A stretch of DNA of 64,000 nt from a virus. The stretch lies in IMG/VR virus record IMGVR_UViG_3300045740_000163, positions 22,391 through 86,390 of that record. The stretch is one strand, 5' to 3'. The notes beneath the pieces were generated by a model. The model was given only the letters and a program-made list of their open reading frames with translations, was not told where the DNA came from and searched no databases. A program made the position numbers and the translations under genes. Shown piece by piece: positions 27,101 to 36,797 of the stretch (positions within the stretch are counted from its first letter, which is position 1; the number at the start of each line of letters is the position of its first letter).

Positions 27101-27990
27101 GCAAATCCATTAAGCGAATTCGCCCCATGTCCCCTAGCAAATTTAAAGTGGGGGATCGAGTAACAGAGAACATAAAGAACATCGCGTTTGTGAGTCCTTT
27201 TGCCGAGCAAAAGGTAAAAGACACTGTCGCAAATTATGTGCACGATACTCGTGTAGGTACGGTTAAAGAAGTTTTTGTTAAAACAAATAGTCGGGGTGAC
27301 AGACGTCACTACGCTTCAGTTCTGTGGGACTACCTACAGTCGACCACAGAGCACGAGCAAGGCCGTTTAAAGCTTCACGCTGCCTCGTTGCAAATGGCAA
27401 GCGTGAGTAAGAGTCCAGAACAACCTAAACCAAATGTAACTACAAAGAGGTCAAAAGCATCGGTGGAGATCCTGAACTTAGATTCAGTTAAAGAAAAAGA
27501 CATATTCACAGCTAAAACCGAGAACGGTTACGTAGGTTGTGCCCGCACACAGACAGGTGTTTGTTTCACAGTCGAAGTGTTCGAAAGCGCTCTCGAAGCA
27601 GCAAACAAAGCCCGAAGCTTAAAACGACAACTAGAGTCGAAAGAAGCCCAAGAATGTAAAGAAACCAAAAAAAAGTCAGAAGAAATAAAAAAATGTGTAG
27701 TCAGAAAAACTAATAAAAAGGTAACCTTGAGATCGAGACTGTACACACTCGACGAGACCAAGGCAATGCCGCTTCTGCGTTTCCAAGAGGTGTGGGTAAT
27801 TATAAAAGACGCTATGTATGTGAGCGACTGCCTAGACCGCGAAAGAAAGAACTTAGTAAGCTACACAAGCAATAAAGAAAAAGCAATGTACTTTACGTGT
27901 CATGAAAAAGCTAAAATGACTATGAGAGTATTAAAGGGTACAGTCGGTCCTGGATTTGACTTGAAGCGTTTTTTTATAGAGAATAAGTAA
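27097..27990 (+). CDS. Basic hypothetical protein (N-terminal KOW/SH3-like barrel)
   Basis: FKVGDRV start; Lys-rich; coupled to polA. Confidence 0.7.
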   Translation: MSKSIKRIRPMSPSKFKVGDRVTENIKNIAFVSPFAEQKVKDTVANYVHDTRVGTVKEVFVKTNSRGDRRHYASVLWDYLQSTTEHEQGRLKLHAASLQMASVSKSPEQPKPNVTTKRSKASVEILNLDSVKEKDIFTAKTENGYVGCARTQTGVCFTVEVFESALEAANKARSLKRQLESKEAQECKETKKKSEEIKKCVVRKTNKKVTLRSRLYTLDETKAMPLLRFQEVWVIIKDAMYVSDCLDRERKNLVSYTSNKEKAMYFTCHEKAKMTMRVLKGTVGPGFDLKRFFIENK

Positions 27991-28010
27991 AAGCAGTCAG
28001 GTGTAGTTGA

Positions 28011-28259
28011 GTGGCCACACGGTACGCTGGTGATTACTTTGGGATCTCTCTGGCTGATAACTACGGCACCGAAAGGTCTCAGCTACTCTCCTATTACCCA
28101 GAACTGCGTAAAGCTAGTTCGCCTAAAAAAGCGGATAGACCTCAGACAGTCACAAAAGAAGTAAGAGCTGTGGGCCCTTTCGCAGGGTTTAAAACTCTGA
28201 GCAAAAAAGGAGATTACAAGGCAGTGCCTGTCTTCAGCGGATTCAAGACTGTCAAGTAA
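28011..28259 (+). CDS. Small basic hypothetical protein
   Basis: RYAGDYFG motif; FxGFKT repeated. Confidence 0.6.
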   Translation: MATRYAGDYFGISLADNYGTERSQLLSYYPELRKASSPKKADRPQTVTKEVRAVGPFAGFKTLSKKGDYKAVPVFSGFKTVK

Positions 28260-28318
28260 TCAAGGACGACAAGGTTTATACTATCTAAATAGATCGAAAA
28301 GACTAGCGGGCTAACCTA

Positions 28319-29203
28319 ATGACCTATTCCCTCCCACAGTTTGCAGGTAATCTGTTTGGGATTGATCTGGCTGGTCTGTTTAAGGACAACGAAGGTAGCG
28401 GAATCCCGGAGGGGTTCATGCCAGGCTTCAACTTTACAGCAAACGTGAAAGGTCGTAGCCCCGGTACTCTCACATACAAAACACCAAAGATACCTTCAGG
28501 TACTGTTGAGTTTTCACTGGTTCCTAAACTACCAGACATAGTCAACCAACCTACAGCACCTGTAACTCCTGCTCCTGCTCCTGCTCCCGCTCCCGCTCCC
28601 GCTGCTCGGTCCCTTCCCACGTACGCGCCTCAGTACGCCTCTCTTTTCAGTGGTACTCCTACTTACACGCCTCCTAGAAATCGTCAACAACCGACACCTG
28701 TTGCAGCTGCCCCAGTAACACCTACCCAGCCAGCGCCTGCAGTCACTCAACCCGTAGCACAAACGCCGACAAAACCAACATACGGCTCCGGCTTGGTGGA
28801 TCAAATTAAAGCAGGGGGTGACATTCTTTCTAAAAAAGAAGCCGTTCGAATCGCGGGCGAGACTAAGAAAACAGTTGCTGAAGTGATGTCAAAAGCTCTG
28901 AACGTTGGAGTTGGCTTGGGGACTAATCTTGTTAACGCATATAGCAAAGGTAATTTAGGACCTAACGCAAAAAATCTATATGGTGACTATGTTATTGGAC
29001 CATACAGCAAAAATGTTGCAAAAGCGCTTCAAAACCTGGCTCCTTTAAAAAACCTAGAACTTCCTCAAGGCACTGCGTATGTAGGAAGCAGTAAGTATGT
29101 CACTCCTGCGAAATCCACCTACTCGAAGGTCGGAGGAAGTGTTTATACACCTGCTTCGACTGTCTACAATCCAATTATTATTCAACGGCAACTGAATAAA
29201 TAA
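28319..29203 (+). CDS. Pro/Thr-rich hypothetical protein
   Basis: 294 aa; (PA)n repeat encoded at about 28568-28603; QFAGNLFG motif. Confidence 0.7.
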   Translation: MTYSLPQFAGNLFGIDLAGLFKDNEGSGIPEGFMPGFNFTANVKGRSPGTLTYKTPKIPSGTVEFSLVPKLPDIVNQPTAPVTPAPAPAPAPAPAARSLPTYAPQYASLFSGTPTYTPPRNRQQPTPVAAAPVTPTQPAPAVTQPVAQTPTKPTYGSGLVDQIKAGGDILSKKEAVRIAGETKKTVAEVMSKALNVGVGLGTNLVNAYSKGNLGPNAKNLYGDYVIGPYSKNVAKALQNLAPLKNLELPQGTAYVGSSKYVTPAKSTYSKVGGSVYTPASTVYNPIIIQRQLNK

Positions 29204-29380
29204 GTTAATAGCGTTATCGAAGAGAGGGGCTATGCTGAACATAGCCTATCTCTTCCTACATGAATCGCTACATTAAATTTGTTTTTGAGAGAGCGGCAAA
29301 AGCTTTTGGTCTTTATGTAATTTTTGCCGTAAACGAAGAAGACAGAAGGTGCATAATCGAAGCATCAAATTTCCAGCCGA

Positions 29381-29956
29381 ATGACGTGTACTGATTACTG
29401 TCTGTACGTAGAGCGAAAAGGAAAACGCCTCCGCGTCGCGATATCTGCTAACGAATCAAACCACGCGCAAGCGCAAGCTTCAGACATCACAAGGGCTCTA
29501 CAAGCGGATACGTTCTCCCTCTCGTACGAAAGCGTAAAAGAAACAAACTTATCTATATTGTTCAAACGCCTAGCTTCTAATAATTTTACACACAGCGCAT
29601 GTGACATTTGGGAAGGATCCCTCTGTAACGGATCTCCCGTGATGTACGCACTTAATAGAAAGTACTACATACGCCCATTGATACTAGATTATCTTGAAAT
29701 AAATAAAGACGGCTGTGTCAAACCATCCTGCGGCACTCCCGCTTGTATAAATCCGTATCACAACTCTTACAAAAAAATGAAGGCGTCAAAGCTTGGGGAC
29801 GCCGACACGAATTTAGTACTAGCATTCTCCAGCCAAGGCGTCCCGGTCCGGGAAATTGCCAAGGCACTCAAGGTACACCGATCAACGATTTACCGAGCAT
29901 TAAACCGTGAACATTTTCACTCTGGGACTTCGCATCACAGATGCGGCCGAGACTGA
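29381..29956 (+). CDS. His-Cys/HNH-like Zn-loop plus C-terminal HTH protein
   Basis: CGTPACINPYH; VREIAKALKVHRSTIYRAL. Confidence 0.75.
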   Translation: MTCTDYCLYVERKGKRLRVAISANESNHAQAQASDITRALQADTFSLSYESVKETNLSILFKRLASNNFTHSACDIWEGSLCNGSPVMYALNRKYYIRPLILDYLEINKDGCVKPSCGTPACINPYHNSYKKMKASKLGDADTNLVLAFSSQGVPVREIAKALKVHRSTIYRALNREHFHSGTSHHRCGRD

Positions 29957-30554
29957 CGAAAACAAAGTCGTGCATGTCTTAGCTGAGTCTCTGCCTTCAA
30001 GCGACAAGCGTGTCGCTACGAAAGTGCAGCTCTCAGTTAAGGAAGACCAGTACAACGCAAAAGTACTTAAAACCCTTCAAGAAAAAGAAACTGTGCTGGC
30101 CATCGGGCCAACAAAGACAACTCCCGATGGTGTCCTACAGATGCAGCCCATGCTTGTCGTCGCCAAAGATAACTGGGACGATCTGCTTGCTGTCAATCTT
30201 TTCGTCTCCACGGGTGGTCTTGGTCCAGCTACTGAAGAAACTCAGCTTGGAGACAACACCGTAACCAACCGCTCTCTCGCGTGGCAGGACGAAAAAGGTG
30301 AAACTTCCTGGTTTAAACTGAGCGCATGGGACGCATTATCTGCACAACTTGCTGAGCTTGCGCCTGGCACGCCAACAATTGCTGTCGGTCGCGTAAGCAC
30401 TAGCGAAAAAGAAGATCGGAAGTATCTTAACTACGGGGTTGAGAAAATTCTCTACCTGCCACGCAGCAAAAAGGCTGCACCTGCCAAAGCTGCTGATCCT
30501 GACAAAGGCACAGTGTCTACGGCCGCTCTCGGATCACTGGACTTCTCTCTCTGA
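29907..30554 (+). CDS. ssb: Single-stranded DNA-binding protein (OB-fold)
   Basis: ETSWFKLSAW...GTPTIAVGR pattern; DFSL tail; replication context. Confidence 0.7.
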   Translation: MNIFTLGLRITDAAETDENKVVHVLAESLPSSDKRVATKVQLSVKEDQYNAKVLKTLQEKETVLAIGPTKTTPDGVLQMQPMLVVAKDNWDDLLAVNLFVSTGGLGPATEETQLGDNTVTNRSLAWQDEKGETSWFKLSAWDALSAQLAELAPGTPTIAVGRVSTSEKEDRKYLNYGVEKILYLPRSKKAAPAKAADPDKGTVSTAALGSLDFSL

Positions 30555-30563
30555 TTAACAACC

Positions 30564-31394
30564 ATGGTTTTTATCGCAGGCAAATTTTCGGCTGATGAAA
30601 TCCTCTGCCAGATTCCGCCGCACACGCTACGTATCGACCTTCAAAGCCGTTATTGGAAATCCGATTCTGATAGTGAAGCGGCGATCGTCGACAGCAACGG
30701 CAATGGGATTCCGATTTCGTTCGTGCTTCTTGGGTTCACGCCGTATTTCGGTAACCTCGGTATGCGCAACCACGAGGAATTTATTCGTATTGCTTACATC
30801 GGTGTCACTCCTAATCACCGTCTGCTTCCGCCTCGCTGTGTGTGCACTAGCATCATCAGTGGTAAGTCATCTCAAAGGAACTTCATCTCGTACTTCCAGA
30901 CGCTCTACAACAATCGTATTAACGTAGGCGAAGTAATCACCGAAACGAAGTTCGTTCAAAAATCCTTCAACGAGAGGGATCCGATGACTGGTGCAGATGG
31001 CGCCAAGATTAACTACAACGTCTTAGAGTTTCGGGATCGCCCAGCTCAAACGGATGAAGAGCAGAAGCTCATTGAAGATATCAGCGCGTGGCTTGAATCT
31101 GGTTCAGGAGATTTGGTGGCATCTGCTTTACGCAGTACTATCTCCGGCGCTCATTTGGTTGAGTTACCTCTGGGAGAAGACCACGCGGCCATTAAGGAAG
31201 CGTTTATTGAAGCTAACCCGAAAAGGTTAGAGGGCTCAGCTCCCGCCGGCTTAGCTGCACTTCCCGCAGGTGCTGGCGCTCCGGGAGCCAAAGCCGAACC
31301 TGCTGCTCCTCCTGAGCCCAAGAAAGCTACCAGCAAAAAGGAGCTGACAGAAGAACAAAAAGCTGCTTTACAGGCTGCTGGTCTGGATTTCTGA
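30564..31394 (+). CDS. Hypothetical replication/recombination protein
   Basis: 276 aa; flexible tail ending LDF as in SSB-like proteins. Confidence 0.7.
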   Translation: MVFIAGKFSADEILCQIPPHTLRIDLQSRYWKSDSDSEAAIVDSNGNGIPISFVLLGFTPYFGNLGMRNHEEFIRIAYIGVTPNHRLLPPRCVCTSIISGKSSQRNFISYFQTLYNNRINVGEVITETKFVQKSFNERDPMTGADGAKINYNVLEFRDRPAQTDEEQKLIEDISAWLESGSGDLVASALRSTISGAHLVELPLGEDHAAIKEAFIEANPKRLEGSAPAGLAALPAGAGAPGAKAEPAAPPEPKKATSKKELTEEQKAALQAAGLDF

Positions 31395-31424
31395 GCTAAG
31401 CTCTTCCTGGATTGTTCACGCCAG

Positions 31425-31449
31425 AGGACGCCGCAAGCGTCCTTTTTTT
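31425..31449 (+). terminator. Rho-independent terminator
   Basis: AGGACGC-CGCAA-GCGTCCT followed by T run. Confidence 0.85.
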
Positions 31450-31453
31450 GTGC

Positions 31454-31687
31454 CTACAGCTCCAGCAAGTCACCAAACGAAGGGAGATTGACACCATATG
31501 CAATACAGTACTTTATAATATTCTCAAGTAACTTAGCCCTTATTAAATAATTAGCATATACTACTTCAAGCACCTCCCTGGACTCTTCAGCACTAAGCTT
31601 ATCCATGCCATCGAGAAAAGCTCGGTGGGTGAATTTTTGCTCAAGCGTTAGGTGAGACTTAAGCTTATCCAGCAACTGTTCTGACAT
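31454..31687 (-). CDS. nblA: NblA-like phycobilisome degradation protein
   Basis: LTLEQKFTHRAF...MDKLSAEESREVL..VY..YLIR aligns by eye with NblA LSLEQQFSIRSF... Confidence 0.65.
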   Translation of the reverse strand: MSEQLLDKLKSHLTLEQKFTHRAFLDGMDKLSAEESREVLEVVYANYLIRAKLLENIIKYCIAYGVNLPSFGDLLEL

Positions 31688-32222
31688 GTCAAACTTCTAC
31701 CGTGTGCCTCGCTACATATTCGATCCTATCCGTGAATCGGGTTTGGTTGATGGAGTAATTCTCTTACCGTACGACCCCGAAGGGGCTCTTGAGAAACAAG
31801 TACGTAAAGCAAAAGTAGATGATGTAATAACAAACAACTGTGAAGAGAACCTAGTAGATCTTGACTGGTGGGCAAAACAAAAAGGTCAGATCGATTGGGT
31901 AGTGGCCATAACGCAAGGTATGAAAGACTACACTAAATGGATTACTGAGTGCGGGCTACAAGCAGCAAAAAAGGGTGTTTGTATTCTTGACCGCTTGACC
32001 TTTCTTGAGCCCACACGGGCACGAGAAGAATTTTTGCAAAACTCATCGCTAACAAACCTTAAGATCCTGTCCCCTAGGCCATCATTTCGTGCGGATGGTA
32101 CAAATTCAAAAGATCCTGTAACTTCTGCGTGGTTCTTGTTTCAAAAACCAGGCGCGGCGCAAGTTAACACCTGCATTGACTTCGAGGTATCGTGGCATCG
32201 CCCACAAAACCTAAAACTGTGA
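31686..32222 (+). CDS. Degenerate phage DNA adenine methyltransferase-like protein
   Basis: GVCILDRLTFLE, RPSF, TSAWFLF family motifs; NPPF replaced by ITQG. Confidence 0.6.
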   Translation: MSNFYRVPRYIFDPIRESGLVDGVILLPYDPEGALEKQVRKAKVDDVITNNCEENLVDLDWWAKQKGQIDWVVAITQGMKDYTKWITECGLQAAKKGVCILDRLTFLEPTRAREEFLQNSSLTNLKILSPRPSFRADGTNSKDPVTSAWFLFQKPGAAQVNTCIDFEVSWHRPQNLKL

Positions 32223-32542
32223 GTAAGCGTCTCTTCAAGCAACTAGATCAACTTATTGAACTTCAGATCGAACAAAACCGTCAGCTCGATAAAATCACTG
32301 CATTACTCGTAGGGCAGCAGCTGCTGACTGAGTGTGTCGATTATCAAGGGAACGCTCGCTCACCTGAGGATTGCGCAGAAATAACAATTGAGAGTTTCTC
32401 GGCTGCTCTCTGTCTAATGTCTGAGCTGGACCAGCGGAATCGGGATTACCAGTATCAAAAGTCTGAGTTCTTCCTGTATGAAGAAAACGACGAAGATGAC
32501 GAAGATGAAGATGATGGTCCTGTAGTATCTAGTTCGTTCTAA
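32192..32542 (+). CDS. Hypothetical protein with acidic tail
   Basis: Coiled-coil start; D/E-rich end. Confidence 0.6.
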   Translation: MASPTKPKTVSKRLFKQLDQLIELQIEQNRQLDKITALLVGQQLLTECVDYQGNARSPEDCAEITIESFSAALCLMSELDQRNRDYQYQKSEFFLYEENDEDDEDEDDGPVVSSSF

Positions 32543-32568
32543 AATATTTAGGAATTGACACTAATTCT

Positions 32569-33348
32569 GTGTCCGATACACGAGTAACTATTAACGGTTT
32601 AAGGCATTATCTCTGTGCTGGTGTTCCTAAACCTCTACCGTCTGTAACGTCCGTACTCAGTGCGACGCAATCGGAGACAACACGTAAAAAACTTGCGCAT
32701 TGGAATCTAATGAATCCAGGCGCAGCAGATGCTGCCGCCACTAGAGGAACTTGGATTCACAACAGTGTAGAAGATTACCTACGTGGCTTAAGAGTCATCC
32801 CATCAGAACAGTACAAACCGTATTGGGATGGTGTGCCCGAACTTCTAGACGAGCTTCTCGAAGGAGGCCGCGTACTTTGGAGTGAGAAGCCGTTCAATCA
32901 ACCACGGTGGTCAAAGTACGTCGGCGACGATGGTGTGGGAAGGATACATTACTACAACGAACACACAGGTCACGGGTACGCAGGATGCTGTGACTTGATT
33001 TATATGAACTCAAATGCCGATATCGTTTTGGCTGACTTTAAAACCAGCAATGGACCTTACTCGGCTAGGTTCCCTAACAAAAACCAGAACATCGATGAAA
33101 GAACTAAAAAAGCTCTAATCTCTGGCGTGTTCAAAACTAAGAAGACTAGACTACAGCTCGCTGCCTATAAACTTGCAGCTGAAGCTTGTCTAGGAATTAA
33201 AATTGCTAAAACACAAATTATAGTTACGACAGCCATACCTGAGTTCAATACTCAGATATTTACATTCGGCTCTGAAGAGGTTGAAAAAGACTGTGAAAGT
33301 TGGCTCGAAGTTCTAAAAAGTTACTACGAACTCCATCCTCAGGCGTAG
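32569..33348 (+). CDS. PD-(D/E)XK exonuclease
   Basis: PSVTSVLS, RGTWIH, YAGCCD, ADFKTS, QLAAY. Confidence 0.88.
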   Translation: MSDTRVTINGLRHYLCAGVPKPLPSVTSVLSATQSETTRKKLAHWNLMNPGAADAAATRGTWIHNSVEDYLRGLRVIPSEQYKPYWDGVPELLDELLEGGRVLWSEKPFNQPRWSKYVGDDGVGRIHYYNEHTGHGYAGCCDLIYMNSNADIVLADFKTSNGPYSARFPNKNQNIDERTKKALISGVFKTKKTRLQLAAYKLAAEACLGIKIAKTQIIVTTAIPEFNTQIFTFGSEEVEKDCESWLEVLKSYYELHPQA

Positions 33349-33450
33349 AATCAAACCCACCAGACGGCTGTTCCTGAGAGGGTTCTTCAACTTTTCTTAG
33401 GGTTCACTCGCCCATTTTCGGGGCATACTAGAGGCGCTCAGCGACATCCC

Positions 33451-36222
33451 ATGAAGTTCATTTGCTCTGTAAACCTTGGGGTCGCGTCTCATCTCGACCC
33501 GATCCAGGGCAAAATCGCGAGCGGCGGTAACTTTGCTGCCTTTAACTCGGGCTGGGATGCTGTCGAATACGAAACAACAGAGCTAGCTGATGTTTTAGGA
33601 AAACAAGCTGGCTTATGTGCGTGGCACCTTCAGGATGGAAAAAGACAAAAGAACACAACAGGAGTAATTAAAGCTGGCCTAATTATTGTCGATATTGATA
33701 ACCAAGCGGATCACAAAGACGAACAGGGAAACAAAGTACAAAAGCAAGAACTAACAGTAGAGCAGGCGCTTGATTTAGATATATGTAAAAAGTATTTAAC
33801 GCTTGGCTATTACTCTCCATCTACCACGGAAAAGTGGCCTCGCTTTCGATTGGTATTTGGTTTAGAAACAACGGTCATCAATCCAAGTTTCTACCAATGG
33901 TTCTGTAAACAGATCTACGCACAGATACCAGGATCTGACGTCCGTGCGACAACAATCCCAAATCTCTTCTACGGACCGAGGGGACCGGAAGAAATCTTTG
34001 CGCAACCAGGGCGCTTTATCCCTACCGAGAAAATTAACGAAGCCATTCGGGCTTTTGCCTCCCTACCTGTCGATGAGACGGACGCTGGGGGAGACCCTTC
34101 GGAGTTTTTAAACCAGGTAACCATTCGTCAAAACGGAATGGACTTGGTTCGACTGGTATCGAACACCGTCCGTTCGGTGCTCAATGGCGACGAAGTCGGA
34201 GACCGCAGCTCCACAATGGCTGCAGTATTTAAAGAACTGCTGGGCTGGTCCAATTGGTGTCACAAGCATGGAGTGGCTCTAAACACGTCACCATTGACTG
34301 TGGCACGTGATGCGTTCTATAATATCTATGGTTACCCGCACGACATCGATGGAAAGTTTGACCGGATCCTGAATTCCATCAGGAATCCCGAGGAGCTGCA
34401 GCCTGCAGTGTCATTAGCTTCAGAGCTGGGAGAGCTCGGTACCTGGAAAAAGATCCGACGAATCAGCCGCTCTGTCTTTGACACCCACGCCTCGGCAGAG
34501 GTAAAGGAAGCTCTCGAACAAGCCAAGCGAGATGCAGCTGTAAACGCTGTGCTCGACATGTCTGAATTTGATCTCAGCTCTCCGGAGCCTGAAGTATCTA
34601 CATCAAAACCCAAATTAAAAGCAAAAACTAAAGAGATGGACGTTCCTTCCACACCGACTCAGCTTGTAAATCTTCAAGGCAGTGCAAAAAGCCGAGAGTT
34701 TTCGGAGAACGATGTTGCTGACATTATTGTCACTAACCAGGGTGACCAGTTTATTTACGATAGTTACTTAGATCAATTTTATCATTATGATGAAGACCAA
34801 GATATTTGGTATCACCAAGATGAACAACATATCAAGCGACGCATAGTCAAAGCTCTCGACTCATTTGTGACTGCTGGTGTGCTAGCTAAGTACAACGCAG
34901 CCATGATTAATAGTGTCTTTTCGATCCTCAAAGCCAAATTGCTGAAATCGGCAGACGGTGGTCGCCGCAGCATATGGACAAAGTCTCGTGGTTGTATTCC
35001 TTTTAAGAACGGTGTTCTCGATACAACGACTCTTGAGTTTGAACCAGGTCAACATAAAGAACTTTATCTACGTCACAAACTTCCATACGATTACGACGCT
35101 AAAGCTCAGTGCCCTGAGTTCATGCGGTGGATTACTTCTGCACTAGATAAAGGACAGGAGATACTGATTCAAGCTTTCGCTAGGGCTCTACTTACTGGTT
35201 ACACCGCAGGTGAGAGGTTCTTGCACCTTGTAGGTCCGGGTGGTACGGGCAAATCGACGATGCAGCAACTGATGGTAGCTCTCGCCGGTTTCCACGGAAC
35301 CCACACGTCGAGCTTGGAAGTCATAGAGACAAACAAATTTGAGAGCTACAACCTGATTGGCAAGAAACTTCTTCTGCTGACAGATGAATCGAACTACAAC
35401 CGTCGTATGGACGTGTTGAAAAAACTGACGTCTGCATCAGATACTCTGCGTGCTGAACGTAAGTATGGCAAGGAAATTATTAGTTTCAAACCAGAATGTT
35501 TAGTGTGTATCGCAAGTAACGAGCATATTACTTCAAATGACTCCAGCAGCGGTCTAGAGCGTCGTCGTCTGACGATTGTGATGGACAAAGTCGTTGAACC
35601 GAGCCTGCGCAAAGAACTGATCAGTGTTTTCGATGATCACATCGAAGGAGCTTTTGTGCCTGAGATGAGCGGCATCGTGACCTGGGCGCTCAGTATGGAC
35701 TATGCAACGATGAAAGATGTACTTGCCAATCCAACTAAGCACGTTCCTTCCCTAAACCGCACAAACATCGAAGCTCTTTTGTTCAATAATCAGTTTGTGG
35801 CGTGGCTCCACGACTGCTGCTTGTATGCACCTAACAGTGTCACGCCGGTAGGCCAAGGAGCACGAAAACCAAACACAGACGAAGCCGAAAAAGGAATGTA
35901 TGTAGCTAATGCTTACGGTGCTTTGTATCCTAGTTATGCAAACTTCTGTAAATCGTGTGGGTACAAACCTGCTGCGAAACATCGTTTCGTAGAACGTACC
36001 AAAGAAGCTATGGTAAACATCTTGAAATTACCGAATGTAAAAATAGTGTTGAATGATGGTATTGCCGGCATCAAAGGGCTGCGGATCAAAGCATATGACT
36101 TACAATCCGACCGTGCAGCAAAAGGTCCTGATCGCCTGCCTAGTCCGGTGGAATTCGCTCAGGACATGAACAGCAACCGTTGGGATTCAGCTTTCCAAAA
36201 ACATGATCCGGTTAAACCCTAA
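33451..36222 (+). CDS. Primase-helicase (N-terminal primase domain plus D5/P4-type SF3 helicase)
   Basis: VDIDN and YSPS...RFRLVF; IPFKNGVLD; Walker A GPGGTGKS; Walker B LLLTDE. Confidence 0.9.
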   Translation: MKFICSVNLGVASHLDPIQGKIASGGNFAAFNSGWDAVEYETTELADVLGKQAGLCAWHLQDGKRQKNTTGVIKAGLIIVDIDNQADHKDEQGNKVQKQELTVEQALDLDICKKYLTLGYYSPSTTEKWPRFRLVFGLETTVINPSFYQWFCKQIYAQIPGSDVRATTIPNLFYGPRGPEEIFAQPGRFIPTEKINEAIRAFASLPVDETDAGGDPSEFLNQVTIRQNGMDLVRLVSNTVRSVLNGDEVGDRSSTMAAVFKELLGWSNWCHKHGVALNTSPLTVARDAFYNIYGYPHDIDGKFDRILNSIRNPEELQPAVSLASELGELGTWKKIRRISRSVFDTHASAEVKEALEQAKRDAAVNAVLDMSEFDLSSPEPEVSTSKPKLKAKTKEMDVPSTPTQLVNLQGSAKSREFSENDVADIIVTNQGDQFIYDSYLDQFYHYDEDQDIWYHQDEQHIKRRIVKALDSFVTAGVLAKYNAAMINSVFSILKAKLLKSADGGRRSIWTKSRGCIPFKNGVLDTTTLEFEPGQHKELYLRHKLPYDYDAKAQCPEFMRWITSALDKGQEILIQAFARALLTGYTAGERFLHLVGPGGTGKSTMQQLMVALAGFHGTHTSSLEVIETNKFESYNLIGKKLLLLTDESNYNRRMDVLKKLTSASDTLRAERKYGKEIISFKPECLVCIASNEHITSNDSSSGLERRRLTIVMDKVVEPSLRKELISVFDDHIEGAFVPEMSGIVTWALSMDYATMKDVLANPTKHVPSLNRTNIEALLFNNQFVAWLHDCCLYAPNSVTPVGQGARKPNTDEAEKGMYVANAYGALYPSYANFCKSCGYKPAAKHRFVERTKEAMVNILKLPNVKIVLNDGIAGIKGLRIKAYDLQSDRAAKGPDRLPSPVEFAQDMNSNRWDSAFQKHDPVKP

Positions 36223-36778
36223 TTTGACCCTGGCAGTGGTTGCTTCCGCTGCCGTAGGCGTCGCCACAGCGATCACGGCTCCTCAGTTTGTAGGGGCATC
36301 TCTAGCCTTCGCTGGCGGTCTGATAGGTGGTGCTGGTATTGGACGTGAGCGTGCTTTGCGTCAAAAGCAAAACGAAGAGGCAGCTACCCGCGTAACCTCC
36401 TGCTTCGCTGCTCTCTACGAAGCAAATAGAGGGATCATCGATCCGATGCAGCTCGGAGTTCTTGCAAATATTCCGGGAGAACGAGCTCACGCTTTCCTGA
36501 CCGGTTTAGCAGAGACAACAAACGGGCAGAAAATTACTGTTGCTCAGGGAGCAGGTGTCGTCTTTGCGTTTCCGCATTCGCAATCGGCCTTAGACGAATT
36601 AACTGTCAATGCTCGCAATTGGGCTGAAGCGCAAACTCAGCAATTGAGCGCTGAGTTAGATCAACACAAACAAGCTCTTCAGTATCTTCAACTACAGCAA
36701 GCTGCTGCTGCAATGCCTAAAACACCTGCTCCTCGCATGGAGCCAAGTCCTTGGGAGAACGTCGCTCCGCCCGCTTAG
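36203..36778 (+). CDS. Membrane protein with two N-terminal helices
   Basis: Hydrophobic N-terminus, coiled coil, Pro-rich tail. Confidence 0.7.
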   Translation: MIRLNPNLTLAVVASAAVGVATAITAPQFVGASLAFAGGLIGGAGIGRERALRQKQNEEAATRVTSCFAALYEANRGIIDPMQLGVLANIPGERAHAFLTGLAETTNGQKITVAQGAGVVFAFPHSQSALDELTVNARNWAEAQTQQLSAELDQHKQALQYLQLQQAAAAMPKTPAPRMEPSPWENVAPPA

Positions 36779-36797
36779 TCATTACCACTAATCACCC

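Noticed and set aside
32569-33348. Cas4 of a CRISPR system
   Set aside because: Lacks the four-Cys Fe-S cluster pattern and sits in the replication module; an ordinary phage PD-(D/E)XK exonuclease.
25205-36222. Inteins or introns in polymerase or primase-helicase
   Set aside because: Motifs are contiguous at normal spacing; no intein terminal signatures or frame breaks.
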